NCBI GenBank assembly: GCA_001643675.2
Contig: LSRY02000053.1
Span: forward strand, 310,001-374,000
Length of the DNA stretch: 64,000 nt
From: Monocercomonoides exilis PA203
Lineage: Eukaryota > Protista > Preaxostyla
Direction: 5' to 3'
Within the stretch, counting starts at the first letter, position 1; each line of letters starts with the position of its first letter. A program made the position numbers and the translations under genes. The notes below the pieces were generated by a model. It was not told the origin of the DNA, did no database searches, and saw only the letters and a program-made list of their open reading frames with translations. Positions 9,164 through 24,500 of this stretch are shown here, piece by piece.

Positions 9164-12100
9164 ATGGCTGAGCCAAGATGCAATCTTTTCAAAAAGGAAG
9201 AAGATTCTTCGAGGCAATATTACAACAAAGAAGGAACAATTTGCCATCCATTATTTCCTCAGATGATCCAGTCATATAGTCAAACTCCATTAGAATGCGA
9301 CGCAATGGGATCCATCAAACAGCTCACAGATGAAAAAATTGAAAATAAACAGAAAAATGAAAATGTTTGATAAAGTTTTATTTTAAGTTTAAAATTAGTC
9401 ATTTGAATAATTTAATGAAAAAAATAAAGTTACTTGAACAATTACAGAAAATAAAGGAAAACGAAGAGCTCTCTTCATGGAACATGATTCAAAGGTTTCA
9501 GAAAGACTTAAATGATTTGAAAGAAACAATTCAAGATTTCAAAGGAAACCAACTTTCAAAAAACCAGAAAAAAGATCAATTTATTTCATCGATTACCCAG
9601 GCATTTGACATGAAAGAGGAAAGTTTAGCAAATTCCTCTTCACAATTGCAATCTCAGAATATTTTAGAGACACATATCCTAAATGTTGTTGGGAACCAAG
9701 CAAAACTTGAATGCGATTTAGAGTATTGCCGATCAGAAATTGAACGATTATCATGCGATATGCGAAAGAAAATTAAGCTTTCAAACGAACTTGTGCAAAC
9801 AATCAACATGATAAAAGAAGATGTTGACAGAATGAATCAAAAAGTTACAAATATTGAAGAATCAGCTCAAAATGAAGGAGGCCAGCTGAATGAAACAAAA
9901 TCACATGCGCGTATATCTTCAGAAGAACAAGAAACGACAGTAACATCCAAAGTAGCAGCAAACAATCCAATTTCCAAGCCGAAAATAATTAGAAGGCAAA
10001 CAGTTTGCTATTCAGAATTACTAAGACATGAAACATGCTGTTTTTTTTTATCTTTCTTTTCCTTTTCTTTTTAACTTCTAATTCCAAATGCAAATTCTTC
10101 TTCTTCTATTTTTATAATCTCATGCTGCTCATTCAAACCTACCCTCCCCTTCCATTTTTCTTCCCTTTTCCTTCTTTCCCTCAGTTCCATGTTTCACCCG
10201 GAAGCCAATCGAGGATCCCAACAGTAGATTCTGAACCATCGCCAAACGCTGCTCCATCCACCCCGTCGATCCTCACACGCCACTCGTCTTTCTGCTCCTT
10301 CTCTCTCACCCCGTCGCCTGCACCGTCACCCCCCATCAGCCACTCGCAGTCCAGCAACGAGACATCACAGCCAACTGCTGTGAACACAAGCACATCTGCT
10401 TCTTCTTCTCCTGCTTCTGCTTCTGTATCTGCTGGTTTGTCTTCTTCGTTAGTATTGTCTGCTTCTTCTGCTTCCTCTTCTTCTTCTTCCTCTTCCTCTT
10501 CTTCTTCCACTTCAACATTCCCTGCCTCACCTGCCTCTATCACACTGTCTCCTTCCCCTCCACTCCACCCAGGAAGGACTGATTCCATTGCTCCTTCGTC
10601 TCTTCATTCGCAGCTGATGGCAGTTGACACAGAAAGCATAGCAGAAATTGTGGCGCGTGTGGCGAAGGAGAAAGTGGCAGAGGTGGCGAGCGAGCAGCTG
10701 GCGGCGATGCTGAAGGAAGAGACGGATGCTGTGTGGAAGGAGATGCAAGGAAAGATGAAGGAGATATCGAGCTCGATGAGTAGTGTATGCTGTGATGTTA
10801 TAATCATGATAATAATTATAATAATAATAAGTTGATTGTTCTGATTGAAGAAAATTGATTTTTCGGATTTTTTTTTTCCCCGTAGAACTTTTTATTTATT
10901 TTTGTTTCTTTGTGTATTTTTTCATTTTGATGGAATTTTCATTGAATTTAAATCATAATAATATCGATGTTTTTATATTTATCATATTCAACTCTATTGC
11001 AACTAGAAACTGATCAATGCGATGAATTCTGCATTTTCCTACATTGAAGAGCTGATTTCCAATGGAAAAGGAGGAACAAATGGAATTTTAAACAACTCTT
11101 TCTCCTCCTCCTCCTCTTCATCTTCTTCTTCCCCCTCTTCCTCTTCTTCCTCCTCATTTTCTTCTGATTCTTCAGATTTTTTCTCAAAAAGCGCCAGTTC
11201 GAATGAAATTTTGAACGGGCAACCCAGAACCAGCTTCAAAGAAGCATCTTCAATTCCTCAAAGAGAAACAATTGAAGAATTATCACAAAGACAAAAATTT
11301 CCAACCACTTTAACACCAAAAGATAATAACAATCACAATAATAGCAATAATAATCATAATAATAACAACCTTTCAAATAACACGATAGCCCCATCAAACA
11401 TCCAGTCACTTGTCCATGAGGAAGTGGAGATGGCTCGCAATTGTCTGATGGCTGACCAGAAAGTGGTGACTGGCTCTGTGATGCTGCTGGGGGAAGAAGT
11501 CGAAGCGATGAAGGAGAAAATGAGTCAGATGGAGCAAGAAATGAGAGAGCTGAGGAAAGAGAATGCGGAACTGAGGCAGAACAATGGGCAGATTCAGCAA
11601 CTGTGTGAAAGAGTGTGGCGGTTGGAGCAAGAAAGGAGGGAAGACAAAGAAAGACAAGGGAAGATGAAGGAAGAAAAAGACGGAGAAATGGAAGGGAACA
11701 TGATGACTTCTGAACAACAACATCAGCTAGAGCAACAACAAGAAGTGCCATATCCAATGCAAAGCGAAGCAACACAGAAGGAAAACGAAGCGATGGCAGA
11801 CAATCCAATCTATGCTGAGCAAGAACCTGGTGTGGGGCAAGCTCCTTCTCCTCCCTTTGCCGGCAGCAGCGATGTTGCCACAGGCAGCACATTCGATGCG
11901 CAGACGCGTCTGTCAGCAGCCCAGCTGCGTCTGAAGCTGATGGAGGAAGAGGAGAAAGTGGTGGAGATCATTGACAAGCGTCTGCACCAGCTGTTTGGGC
12001 AGAAGGGAGATGACGAAGAGAGAGACGAGCAAACACAGGCGCAGTGGCTGGGGATGGGGTGGGGCCATGCTGCTCCGCCTGTGGATGTGAAGGAGGAGAT

Positions 12101-15100
12101 GTTCCAGGAGTCGCTGGTGTTCACGCACGAGGAAAGAGTGAGGGTGGAAGAGGCAGAGAGAGAGGAGGAGGGGTGGAGGCAGAGAAGAGACGAGGAGAGG
12201 GAGAGGAGGAGGAGGCAGAGACAGGAAAGGGAGGAGAAGAGGAAGAAGGAGATGCTGGAGAAGGATACGACGGAGATGAACATGGATGCGCTGGATGAGG
12301 AGATTGAGCGGTTGGAAAGGCAGATGCAGCAACTGGATAAGAAGCACGCATCATCATCATCTTCTTCTTCGTCCATGTTGGGATACGATATGGATGATGG
12401 AGACGGATTCTGGAATCCTCTGGAAGATGACGAGGACATGAATCTGGATGCGAACGGGGGAAGTTTGGGCATTAATGGCTCGTTGAGAGATCCAGAGGAA
12501 GAGGCAGAGGATGAAGAAGATCGGATGTGGGAGGAGAAGATGAGGCAAGAGGAGCCGCCAGAGCTGACGGCGGAGGAAGCGAAGAGGATGATGATGTTTC
12601 TGCCGGGAGGAGAGGCGTACGAGCTGAGGGAGAGGAGGGCGGGGCTTGTGAGGAAAGAGCTGAAGAAGGCGATTGTGACAGAGGTGGATGAGTCAAACAC
12701 ACAGACGTTCCGGCAGCTGCTGTCGATGAACCAGGAGATGTTCAAAGAGATGGAGGAGGAGATGCAGCGGAAGCTGCGATATGGAGGAATGGGAGGAGGA
12801 GGAGTAGGAGTAGGAGAAGGGGTAGGGGTTGGGGAAGCAGGAGAGATGATGAATGAGAGAGAGCGGGACATGGAAGACATGAACGGCGGGATGGGCGGGC
12901 AGGACGGGTCGGAGCGGAGTGAGGCAGAGATGGCGATGGCATTGGGTTTCACAGTGGATCCGAACGGGCGGAGATATCATCCGAGCACGCATGTGCACAG
13001 CTCAGGTGAGATGTCGCACTCAGACTCGTCTACTTCATTCAACACACCACGTTCGGGTTATTCATACTCCACATACACCACATTCCCCACGGAGATCGAG
13101 TACCCCTTCGGTTCTGTTCCACCTGTGGATCCTGGATCTCAGCCACCATCCCCGTCACATGAGAGGCGCATGATGCTTCATGGTGGAATGGGAGGAATGG
13201 GAGGAATGGGGGTGATGGGGCAGATGGGGCAGCCCACAGCGCTGATGCCCATTGCCTCCACATCGTCCACTGCGCAGCCTGTTCCTTCTGCTCCCTCTGG
13301 CTACGGCGAGATGGCCTTCAGCCACGCGGCGATGGCCCATCAGCAGCAGCAACAGCAGTTTTCGCAGTCTCCTTCGGCTTCTGTCTTGTCGTCGGGTGGA
13401 TTGACGCCCGAAGCGTCGAACAACGATCTGCTGCAGGACTCAGAGCAGTACCTGATGCAGATGCAGATGCAGCCGGGGCAGCTGCCTTCTTCTTCGTCTT
13501 CTTCTTTCTCTTCCTCTTCTTCCTCTTCGACTGTCTCAATCACCATCCCTACAACAACATCAACAACACCATCTCCCTCTTCTTCTTCTTCTTCCTCTTC
13601 CTCCTCTTCTGCTTCTATATCTGCTGCTGGCTACACCCCATACAGCTCCTCCACCTTGCCCCGAGCCGGCAACAGCGCGAGCACCCGTGCCATGTATCAG
13701 GTGCCTCCGCTCCGCCTGCGCCCGCAGCATCGCGAGATGGACCCTGCACCAAGTGGCAAGAGCAGCGTGAACTTTGTCGACGATGCCCCGCCTTCTGTGC
13801 CTGTAAGATACAGCATCACCACTCAGCAGAGGCAGAGGGCGAACACACTCTCATGGGCGCAGGTGGCGAAGTTTGTGCCGCGCTCGACAAGATACCCGCA
13901 GATGGCTGAAGGGGAAGAAGGAGGGATGGAGGTGCCTGTCACTGCTGAGGAGGCGGCGATGGTGGCGGCAGCTGCAGCGGCGTCGCAGTACGAGAACGGA
14001 GAGGCAGAAATGGAAGATGCAGCAGCAATGGCTGTGGCAGGAGGAGTAGGTGGAGGAGGAGCAGGTGGTGGTGTTGGAGGAGGAGGAGTGGAAGGAGAGA
14101 CAGAAGAAGACGAAGAACAAGGATTTACAGCACATTACAGAGGCACAGCTTATCTGCAGCACATGCTGAGGAGGAGCAAAGAAGCACATAACGGGCCAGC
14201 TGTGGACGACCCTTTCAACACGCCGTCGATTGGGTCACAGTCAATCAATCCATACTATGACTCCAACTCATCTTCGCCCAGCCTCACCTCGCCAACTGTT
14301 CCATCACCGCCCACAAACTCACCCGTGTTCCACTCAACTGCACGCACCACTGAAGCAAACTTCCCTCCCTTCTCGTTCATCCCACTCCCTTCTGAAGGTC
14401 CTGTCGTTCCTGTTTCTCATCCTCCTCTTTTCTCCCGTGGCAGCTTCCGCACATCTCCAACCTCTGCTGCCTCGTCTGTCTTGCCCATCTCCCGTACGAT
14501 GCCTGCTGGCCCTCTTTCCCCTGCCAGCTCTTCCCCTGAGACTCTCCACACAAACCTCACTCAGATGCAGAGCCAGAATCAGGGCCAGAACCAGAGTCCT
14601 GTGCAAGGCCAGGGGCAAGGCCAGGGACAGGGGCAGGGACAGGGCCAAGCACAGAACATGAGCCAGGGTCCGAACTACCAAAAGAACTCTTCGTCACCGC
14701 TGCCACAGAAGCCGCGCATTCAGCGCTTCCACTCGTTCAACGTGCCATCGTCGGGACATTCATCGTCATACAACACCCATCTCCTTGCGCCAACCTCGTC
14801 CCCGACTGCCTCACCCACCAACCCGCACTATCCGAACATGCCTGTGCAGATGCAGACTCCGCCGCAGAAGAGAGGGCACCGCAGGACACACACCCACACC
14901 CACTCTTCTGTTGCGCACTATCCAATCACCCCGGCCTCATCTTCTCGCTCCCAGTCGCACTTCGAAGATAACTACTCACAGTCACGCTCTCGTTCGAAGA
15001 CGGGACAGAACTACGGCCAGCAGCCACTCACCCCTCCTCCACTCACTGCCTCTGCTGCAATGGGAAGACTGCACAGCCCCTTCGGCTCTCCAACTGACTC

Positions 15101-18100
15101 CCTCACTTCTAATTCTCCTGCTTCTTTTGCTCATTTCTCGCCTACACACGGCAGCTCCCCCGCCACTTCGCCACTTCACTCGCCTTCGCCTTCGATTGGC
15201 TCACCTTCGAAGATCCCTCTCTCTTCTCTCTCGCACTACATCGAGAACTCCTCCCACCCGAATTCTCCTTCTTTGTCTTCTGTCTCCCCCAACCGCCACC
15301 GCCGCCATGCCTCTCACCTCTCCATCCAATCACCAAAACTGGACAACCTCTTCTTCCCTGGCACAGGTAGTGGTACCAACTCCCCAAAGCTCCTCTCCTC
15401 CTCGCGCCATCTGCCCGGCTCCCAGCACTCTTCAGCCAACGTGTCTTCAGCTAACTCAATTATCACACAAACAACTGAGGCAAACTCACCAACAAGCGGA
15501 TCTGCATCGTCAGACCGCTCTATGGTAGATGAAGAAGGATTTCCGGGGTTTTCAGCAGACAACGATCTTTTATTAGACAAAAGCAGTCGAAAGAGATTAT
15601 CAACACCACCAGCGACACCCAGTGCAGATGTGGTGTCGTCGTTTCCGTCTGCCCGGCTGTCGTTTGCAGCGGCTGGCTCACCGCGCAGAGCGATTGACAT
15701 TGTGGAGCAGATGCAGAAAGAGAAAGAGAAAGAGAAAGAGAAAGAGAAAGAGAAGGAGAGAGAGGGGAAAGAGAAGGGAGAAGAGGAAGGAGGAGAAGGG
15801 GCAAGGGATGAGAATCAACAAAAGGAAGAGGAAGGAGGCGGGGGAGGTGAAGCCATTGAAAATGGGAATGAGATGAATAAAGGAATTGCCGATGGGCGGA
15901 AACTCACACAATCCGAAAGAGAAGAAGCACAACCTGAAATGGAAATCGAAAACGAAGGAGAAGAAGAAGAAGCAGACAAAAACGGTGAAAGCGAAATAGT
16001 GGCTGGAGAGACAACAGAAGAAGCGCTGTTCCGCATACTGAACGATGCTTCAGACGAACCTACTCCAAACAATGGCCACACAAACCCAGAGGATTATTCG
16101 CCTCCTCTTCGGAACACTGCTCAGCAGGGTTCCACACCAATAAGACCAGAAAAGCCGCCAACGACGCCTGCGCCTGCTGTTGGCCACTTTAGACAATCTA
16201 CACTTCACTCTGAAGGCATCTCATTCTTCCCAGGCCGTTCGCTGGACCATGTGTATTCACCAACAGTTGGGTCAGACTCTCCTCTTTCATTCACTTACAC
16301 ACCTTCCCCGTCTCCTCCACAGGCTACCCAGCAGCACAGCAAGCTGAGCAATCAAGCAAGCGAGCCGCTCAAAGCAATCATCAACTTGGAGTTTGTCGAA
16401 ACGAATGAGAGAAAGAACACGATTGGATCAACAGTATCGTCGTTTGATCTTTCTGGCTCTGATATCTCCAAATCCTCCTCCGAGAACTCATTTAAGTCGC
16501 ACTCAAGCAGCTCTTCTGTGAGCAACAAGAAGCCTATCAAAGAAAGTGAGAGCATTCCAGCAACAGCGCCTCCTTCCACTCCTTCGTCTTCTCGACGCCG
16601 TCAAAACGAGGCAGACTCAAAATTCGCCCAAACACCATCACCACCACCTCTGGTCAACTCACCCGCTACACAGCAGCCTGGTTCGGCCATACAAACATTG
16701 GCAGGTGAGCAACATGCCCAGTTCCTGCCAAAGTCACGCAGCTCACCATACATCGAAGTGCTGACATATGAAGGCAATCTGGACGACCAGGGCGGATCTG
16801 TGAGTGAGCGGGTGAGAAAGGTGCTGGACAATGTGGAGACGGAGCAGTCGCCAGTGGATAGTGAGAATGCTGAGCTTATGCAGAATGATACGATGAGGGG
16901 GAATATAAAGAGGAATGAAAGGAGTGGAGGAGATGCCTTTGAAGCGAATGAAAACGGAGAAAGACAAGAAGTGCAGCTTTGCACACGAGAGGGAGTTCGC
17001 ATTCAGAAAAAAGGTGGGACACCAAGAGCAAATGAAGGAGCGATAAGAAATGCTGGCTTTGAAAGAGGAAACTATCCAAGTGATAATCAGCAAGGGCACA
17101 ATGTCGATTCAGGCGAGCAAGAATTTGATGTTACAGAAAGTGATGCAGAAATTGGTGCGATACGCGAAGCAGCACAAATGTTAGTGAAGCATGTGACAGC
17201 ACACGACACGAATGATGACTTGACGACTGCAGTGAAGAAGAAGAAGAAGAAGAAATTGAAAGTGCAGATTGAAGCTGTGCCTGATACTCAGTCTGAAGTC
17301 ACATTAAAGAAGAAAAAGAAGAAGAAAATGATTGAACATGTTTCAGTTTCACAGCCGGTTCTATTAGTGCAACATGATCAGGCTTACAATACAATGCAAG
17401 TTCCAGTAAAGAAGAAGAAAAAGAAGAAAGTCACATTTGGAGCGACAATGATAGAAGGCATTAGTAAGAGTGAAAAACAGATTCCAACACAAAGCAGTCT
17501 AGCTGGCCCAGCTCCGACTGGAACAGGAGTAATAGTGAAGAAGAAGAAAAAGAAGCTGCGGAAGGCTATTTCAGAGAACATTCCTATTTATTCTCCAAAT
17601 GACCAATCTTATTCGAGTCCTTACACGATGCCAGGCCTGCCAACATCTGGCTCATACTCACTGTCTTTTGCTGTGTCCTCTCCTCTCATTCGTCGCAGCA
17701 TTGATAAAGACAGCCCAATCAACACATCACCCACCACACCTTCTCCGCTGACCGAATCGCAGAGCTGCCAAATGGAGCCTACAGAAAAGGATGCGAATCA
17801 ATTTACTCCGATGAATGCTTCAGAGGCAGATGATCAGATGATGTATGCAAAGGGGATGGATGGGCCTGTGCCTTATGAAGAGTACCAGTCAAAGTCGATT
17901 TTAAGTCCGATAGTTAAATTGCAGGAAAGCGAAGATAGCGAATTGAGTGATGCACACACATGGCGAAGTGAAGACGAGGAAGAGCTGGAGTCAGTAGATA
18001 ACAACGTTGCTTTGGATGGAAATGGCAACGGGAACGAAGACGATAACGAAAGCGGTTACCCGATTCCTGCTGGCAGCGAGCTTGAAGACGAATACTCAGC

Positions 18101-18293
18101 GAATGCTTCATCACCTGCGAATCAGCAGGATTCTCTGAACAGAGAGGGTGTTCTGCGCAGCACGAAGACAACGCATTACATTACCCAGTCGAACTCTGTT
18201 CCACTTCATCAGCCTGTTGAAATATCACTGAGCTCATCAAAGTCGATGAAAATTACACCGATATCAACAACTTTTAATTCACAACCAAGGTGA
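9164..18293 (+). CDS. Very large multi-exon hypothetical low-complexity protein (coiled coils; Ser/Pro/Gln/Glu-rich; poly-Lys tracts)
   Basis: ATG 9164 (MAEPRC). Consecutive same-strand ORFs 9035-9370, 9367-10074, 10035-10835 and 11022-18293 are separated by AT-rich intron-like gaps near 9365-9429, 10003-10184 and 10783-11006. No recognisable catalytic domain. Joining into one gene is inferred. Confidence 0.65.
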
Positions 18294-18536
18294 GCTTTTG
18301 ATTTATTATTATTATTTTTTGATAATTAGGATATTATTGTAATTATTGTTTTTATTGAAATTAATATTTCTTTTTTATGTATTTAATGAACCTTTTATTT
18401 GTCAATTTGTTGACTTCTTATTTTAACTTTGGCGAATTTATCATCAAAAATATCTTTTATTATAATTTTAAGTGAAGTGAGATGAAGTGATAAAGAAAAA
18501 AGTAATTATAACATGCATTTTTTAATTTACGAATTC

Positions 18537-21500
18537 TTATCCTTTTTGTTCCATCATTTCGAACCATTGCCTAAGTGAATCACCCAACACTCTGGGGAGT
18601 GAAGATAGATCACGAAGAACAATGTAATAAGGGAACGGGAATAAGTCAAGCACAGGTATCAATTTTGTGCGGCCTCCTTCTTGAATGACTCTTTTAGTCT
18701 TTACGATGCTGTTGATGTGTGAAGGAGATGGCGTGGGTGTGGGTGAAGGTGAAGGTGAGGTTGAAGGAACAGGAGAAGGAGAAAAGCGTGGAGCAGGTGA
18801 AGCGGATGAGGAAGATGCTGTTGGTGTAGGAGTGGGAGATGGGAATGGATGCGATGGACAATCAATAATCAGAAACACCACAAATATTCCCTTGGCTGTT
18901 GCTGTGCTGACCCATTGACGTATTTCTTTGAACTCCTTCGTGATTCTTCCATCTGAAATGATAAACATAATCTGATTGCTCGTTCCGCTTGCTCCGCCTC
19001 CCTGTGAATCTGCTTGAGCCATGATGTTAACAGCCTCCTGCATCAAAAGCTCAAACTTCGTCTCGTTCTGTGCAAATGTGAATTGAGATACCAAAGACGA
19101 GCCATCACCCTCGTTAAACGGCTGATCGAACGGAAGCACAGTTCTCACGGTCGAACCAAACGATGCGACTGCCACCTGTCCAGCTTCAAGATGGGTCAAC
19201 GAGCGGCACAGCATCGCCATTGACTGAAGAGCAAGCAAGCCAGCATCCAATTCTCTCATCGAGCGAGAGTCGTCAATGGCAATCAGCACATGATACTTCC
19301 GCTTGTCTGGTGTAGTCTTCCTCATCCAGATCTTATCCTTTCTGAAATGGCTGGCGATGTACGGGATCACACGCCTCATGTTCAGTCTGCGCCCAGTTCT
19401 GAACTCACCTCTTGCTCTTGATGCGTGTGTTGGAGCCAAAATCAGACGCAACTGCTCTGACAAATCAGTGCTGAGATCTGATGTAGAAACAAGGATATGC
19501 TGCCAGATCTCATCGGCAGTTCCCTTTTGCTCAGTTGTTGGAGTAGACAGATCGATAACAGCATCCTCTTCGTCCGATTTCTCCTTTGAAAGAGAGAAAG
19601 GTTCGGTTGCTTTGTGCTGAACCAAGTCAATTTGTATGTTGCTGAATGAAGGCAGGTCCATTTTCTGTGTTTGCTGCTGTTGGAGATGAGAAAGTGGATT
19701 GGAAGCTTCCTCCTCATCTTGAGGGATGGATGGTATTGGCCGTGCAATGATTCCATTTTGTCTTTCCGAACTGTCCTTTTTCTTTTGAGCTTCTTTTCGA
19801 GATTCCACTTCTTTCCTTTCTTTTTGTTTGACATCTTCATTTTCGCTTTGCTCATCATGCTGCTCAGAATCATTTGTGTCTTGTTCTTTTGCTGATTGAT
19901 CTTTCTCCTTTTCATTTTGTTCCTGTGAATCAGAATTATTTCTCGTTGTCTTCTTCTGATTCGTTTTCACAAGTTCAGCAATCACCTTCTCTTGCTGTTT
20001 GCTTTCTTCTTCACCTGATTCTTCAATATTTTCTTCTGCATTATCTTCTTCTGTGTGGGGATCTCTTGCAATGTCTTGCTTGCTCTTCTTAATCTGCTCT
20101 GAAGTTGCTGGTCCCAATGTCTGGTCAAACGATTCGTCTTTTGATTTCTGCTCATTGTTCATTTTGTCTTCTGCTTCTTCATCTATCTCGTATTGATAAG
20201 ACAATCCCTGGTCATTTGATCGTTCTTGATGATGCTTTTCTTGTTCATTCGTCTCATTTTCTCCTTTAATCATTCTCAGCTTCTGCTTCCAAGACTTTGA
20301 AGGATCGCCCATCTTTCTCAATGGGTTAATCTCTGCCTGGTTGGCAGAGTCATCCATTCCGTTATTGTCATTCTCTGAACTGCTGGACGAATCTGACGGA
20401 AACTCGTCCCGCTCATCGCGCTCAATAGGAACATAGTCGTCATCTTCGTCTTCTTTCTTCTGTCTGTTTGAGCGAGTGCTGGCTGATTCTTGTTTTGTTC
20501 CATCATTTTCCTCTCCGGTTTCATCAGTTGCTTTCTGTCCAGGTGCTGCTCCTGACTGCTTCTTCTTCTTCTCTTCTTTCGATGTCATTTCTCCAGCTTC
20601 TCCTCCCATGTCTGTTCCTTCTGTCGTTCTTTCTTCTGCTTCTTCTCCCTTCGCTTCCTGATTTTCTTCTCCTTTCTTGTCTTGTTGCTCTTCTCCTTCT
20701 TCAGTTGGTTTGCTTAATGCTTCATCTGCTGTCTCATCGATTTCAATGTCTGTTTTTTCTTCTGGTTTCTCAACGGCTTCCAAGATATCTTCGTCTGATT
20801 CTTTCATTTCAGTCTTCACAATTCCATCTTCGATGTCTGGATGGTTCTTTGATTCATCATCCTCTTCCCCTCCTTCCTTCTTTTCATTCTCTTCTCCTTC
20901 TTCTTTATTTTCATCTCCTTCCTCTTCTTCTTCACTTTCATCGCCTGCATCTTCAAACTGCAGATTTTCGAGGTCGGGCATTTCCGGAACCTGATCTTTG
21001 ACACCAGGCAAAAAGAGACTTTTTTCGTCCTTTTCTGCTGAGCCATCATCTTCACCAGGTTCTTCATCAGGAGCAGATGCATTTTCAGCACCTTCCAGAT
21101 CGTCTTCCACATTCACCACATCCTCCATTTCTGGAAGCGCCTCTGTTGCATCACCTTCCAACGGCTTATCATCAGCTTTATCAGTTTCATCTTTTCCTTC
21201 TTCAGGTTTTTCTTCATTTTCATCTTTGTTTCTATCTTCTGGAGGCTTTCTGTCTTCATCATCAATTGCAGAGTTTTCATCAAATTTGGCTCTGAGTTGC
21301 TTGTCTTTGCTGTGCTGTTTTGTATTTCGTTGTTTATTTTTGTTCTTTGTCTTATCAACAAATTCAGTTTCTGTCTGATCAATTTCGTTGTTTTCATCTT
21401 CTTCTGCCTCTTCGTTGTCTGGGTTGTCTTCTTCATCTTCAGCTTGTTCCAATTGTTTTCCGCTCTGTATCGGTTTGCTCTTTTTCTTCTCATCTTCATC

Positions 21501-24500
21501 TTCATCTTCCTCTTCATCTTCGTTTTCATTCCAAAGCCTTTCATCCAAAATGTTATCTGGATTGAAGTTATCTTCACCTCCCATTTCAGCATCGAGATCT
21601 TCTTCTTCCTCCTCTTCCTCTTCGTCTCCTTTCTTCTTCTTGCCATCCTCTTCCTCTTCTTCTGACTTGTCCAGATGCTTTGTTTGTTCTTCTTGTTGAT
21701 CTCCTGTTGCTCCTTGCTGTTTTTCTCCTTTGTTCTCTCCAGACTCATCCACTCCATCTTCAGGAATATCATTCATTTCACCTCCAAAGTCCATTTCAAT
21801 ATCGAATCCCTTTTTCAGATCTTCCTTTTCTTGGTCTGTCATCTTTTGTTTTTCCTTCTTTTGTTCATCCTCTTCTTTTTCCGTCAGTGGATTCAGAGCC
21901 GAAGGCCCTCTCTGTCTTTCTTCTGCAAGAAGCTCCTTTTCATTCTCAATTGAGCTGGATATGTCTCTGTCTCCTTGTCCTTCACTCATTCCCATTGCTT
22001 CGCTTGATTCGCCTCCTGCTCCTTCTGATGAGCCGTCATCAGCACGCGACCCTCCTTTCATCTCTTCTCCACTTCCACCAATGTCAATGCGAATGTTCTC
22101 TTGAGGATGACACAAGCCATTGATTGACAGTGACAAAGCAAGAGAAGACAGAACATGCGCAAACTTGCACAAAGAGCTGTGGAAAAGGAAGGAATGATAG
22201 AAAGTAGCCATCGTCGTGTGGATGAATTGCTCCAGCAGCGGAAGCGCAGCAACGAGCCAATCAGGAATTGCTGAAGAAGTGTCAATTTCATGAATAAGAT
22301 TGCTGATTGAATCATTCCTAATTGCATCAGAGAGATAAATTGTTGAAATACGATTGATTGTCTGATGGGTAACCAACAAAGCACTTGGATGACTCTCAAA
22401 GAAGTCAACAACATCGTATTCATCGTAGTCTGGGGTTTCTTCCAGAATTGGCGTTTCCTCTTTTGCAGCCTCTTCTTCACCAGAAGCAGTTTCTTCTGTG
22501 CTCTTTACAATAACTTTGCTGGCCATTTCTTCCTGTGATTTCTTAAATGCATTGAAGATGTTTTGCACACAGAGAAGAATCGAAGCGATGACTGGTCGAC
22601 TGCTCAGTGATGATGCGATTGAGTCTGTTTGTTGCAGAACTTCACTTTGAGAAATCGAAAATTGATGATTCTCAGAACTGCAATCAGTAAATGCTGACAA
22701 ATATGACAACGCTTCTTCCACAACATCAGTAATGCAGTTTTCAGATCCGATAAGAGGAAGACATTCATTTGATATCTGCTTCACAACTTTCAGTTCAGTT
22801 TGAAGTGGAATAACAAATCTATCCATGATGATAGCTCTTTCATTCTGAGTTATCCACAGCATGTTGCTTGGAAGGACAGCTCTATACTGATTTACGCGAC
22901 GAGCTAATTCAGTTGAAAAGGTCAAAATGTGCTTGATGCTTTCACACAGCTGATTCAAAGAGTCTTTCACAGCTTTCACTTCTCGATCGGCAGCTGTTTC
23001 ATCTGCAGTTACTTCAGAAAGCCCGTCTTTTGTCAAAACTGTTGAAGATGTTGAATTCGTCAATGCAGTTAAATGCAAAGGAATTAGTCCACTTGATGCC
23101 TTTTCTGCGATCAGTGCAAGCGGAGACAGCGACTGCATCAACGATGGAAGTGTGTGCTGCAAAAGATGCTCCAACTTTGTCACAAACGAATTGGAAACAG
23201 GCTTTGAACCGTCTTGAGTATGATTCTGTGTGCTAACAACTTTGCGTGCTGAGCCTTTAATGCGTGCAACAAGAGACTGTACAGAAGACACAGTCGGAAG
23301 AGCAGCAGACATCGCCTGATACAACCGAGCTCTCTCTGTGAGGACCCACTGGAATAACCCTTCTGCTCGAGATTCCAGTGTTCGTGCATGAGGAATCTGA
23401 GACAAGTTTCCTGTTGCTGTGACTTCAGGGTTTCTCAGTGTGTTGATTCTGAGTGAGCATCTGATAAAGAAGGAGTTGGCTGTCTGTATCAGTTGATAAA
23501 GAGAAGGATGAATGGATTGTGAATTCTGTTCAAACAAAAATGAAGGTAAATTATATTCTTCATTCATTGAAACTATGTTTGTAGATATTTGCTGAGAAGA
23601 TTGCGTGGACGATTGAGCATCAATAGGAATCGATTGTATTTGAGTAACAGAGAATGATGAAGTGTCTTCCTTTGCCTGCTCAGAAATAGCAGCACAACTA
23701 TTTGAAACATACAAATTCACATCTTCCATATCAAGTGGATAGGAAGTTGATGGTGCAGTGATACGAGAAAGAGAACTGTCAGCAGATAATTCAGTTGAAC
23801 GAACTACGCTTCCAGCAAGATCAATAGCAAGTGAGCGGAAAAGTGTGCTTGAACCAAGCGTCTTCTGAAGTGCTGCATTGTCCTCCGCATTCCACGAATA
23901 CTCTTTCAGTTCATTCAAAGCTTTTTCTTTCTGTTCTGCGAATCCCCAAATGTCTTCATCACTCCATATGTCTTCTGAATGCTTGTAGCCATACGCTGCA
24001 ACTCCAGCTGTGTTGATCACATGAAGCAATCTCTTCAGTGCCTTTAATTGCATTGGTTTGAGGTTAGTGGCCTTTCCTCGAAGCTCCTTCTCCACTTTTC
24101 GAACAGCTCTCTGCTTGTCAATCTTTCTGTCTTCAGAGCTTGCTGCTATTTCCATTCTATTTCTCCAATCTTTGTCGATCTGCTCTGTCGTCTTGTTGAA
24201 GTACTCACAGTACTGAAACACAGCAATGGCAAATGAATCAACAACAGCAGATGCCTGAGACATGAACGGAAACAGAGGAAGAACTGCAGTATTGTCTGAA
24301 GTTGATTGCAAGACCTTTGATTCCGAAAGACTCAGCTTCTTTGAATTTGACTGAATAAAGAATTTTTTTGAAACTTTCAGCCAATTCGTTAAGATACGTG
24401 AAAGTTGTATATTCGACTGTGTAAGTGCAATGTTAAGTGATTGTTTGTGATCCGCAGATGAAGAAGGCAGAACAACCCATCCTTTGCTTTGCACTGGTGC

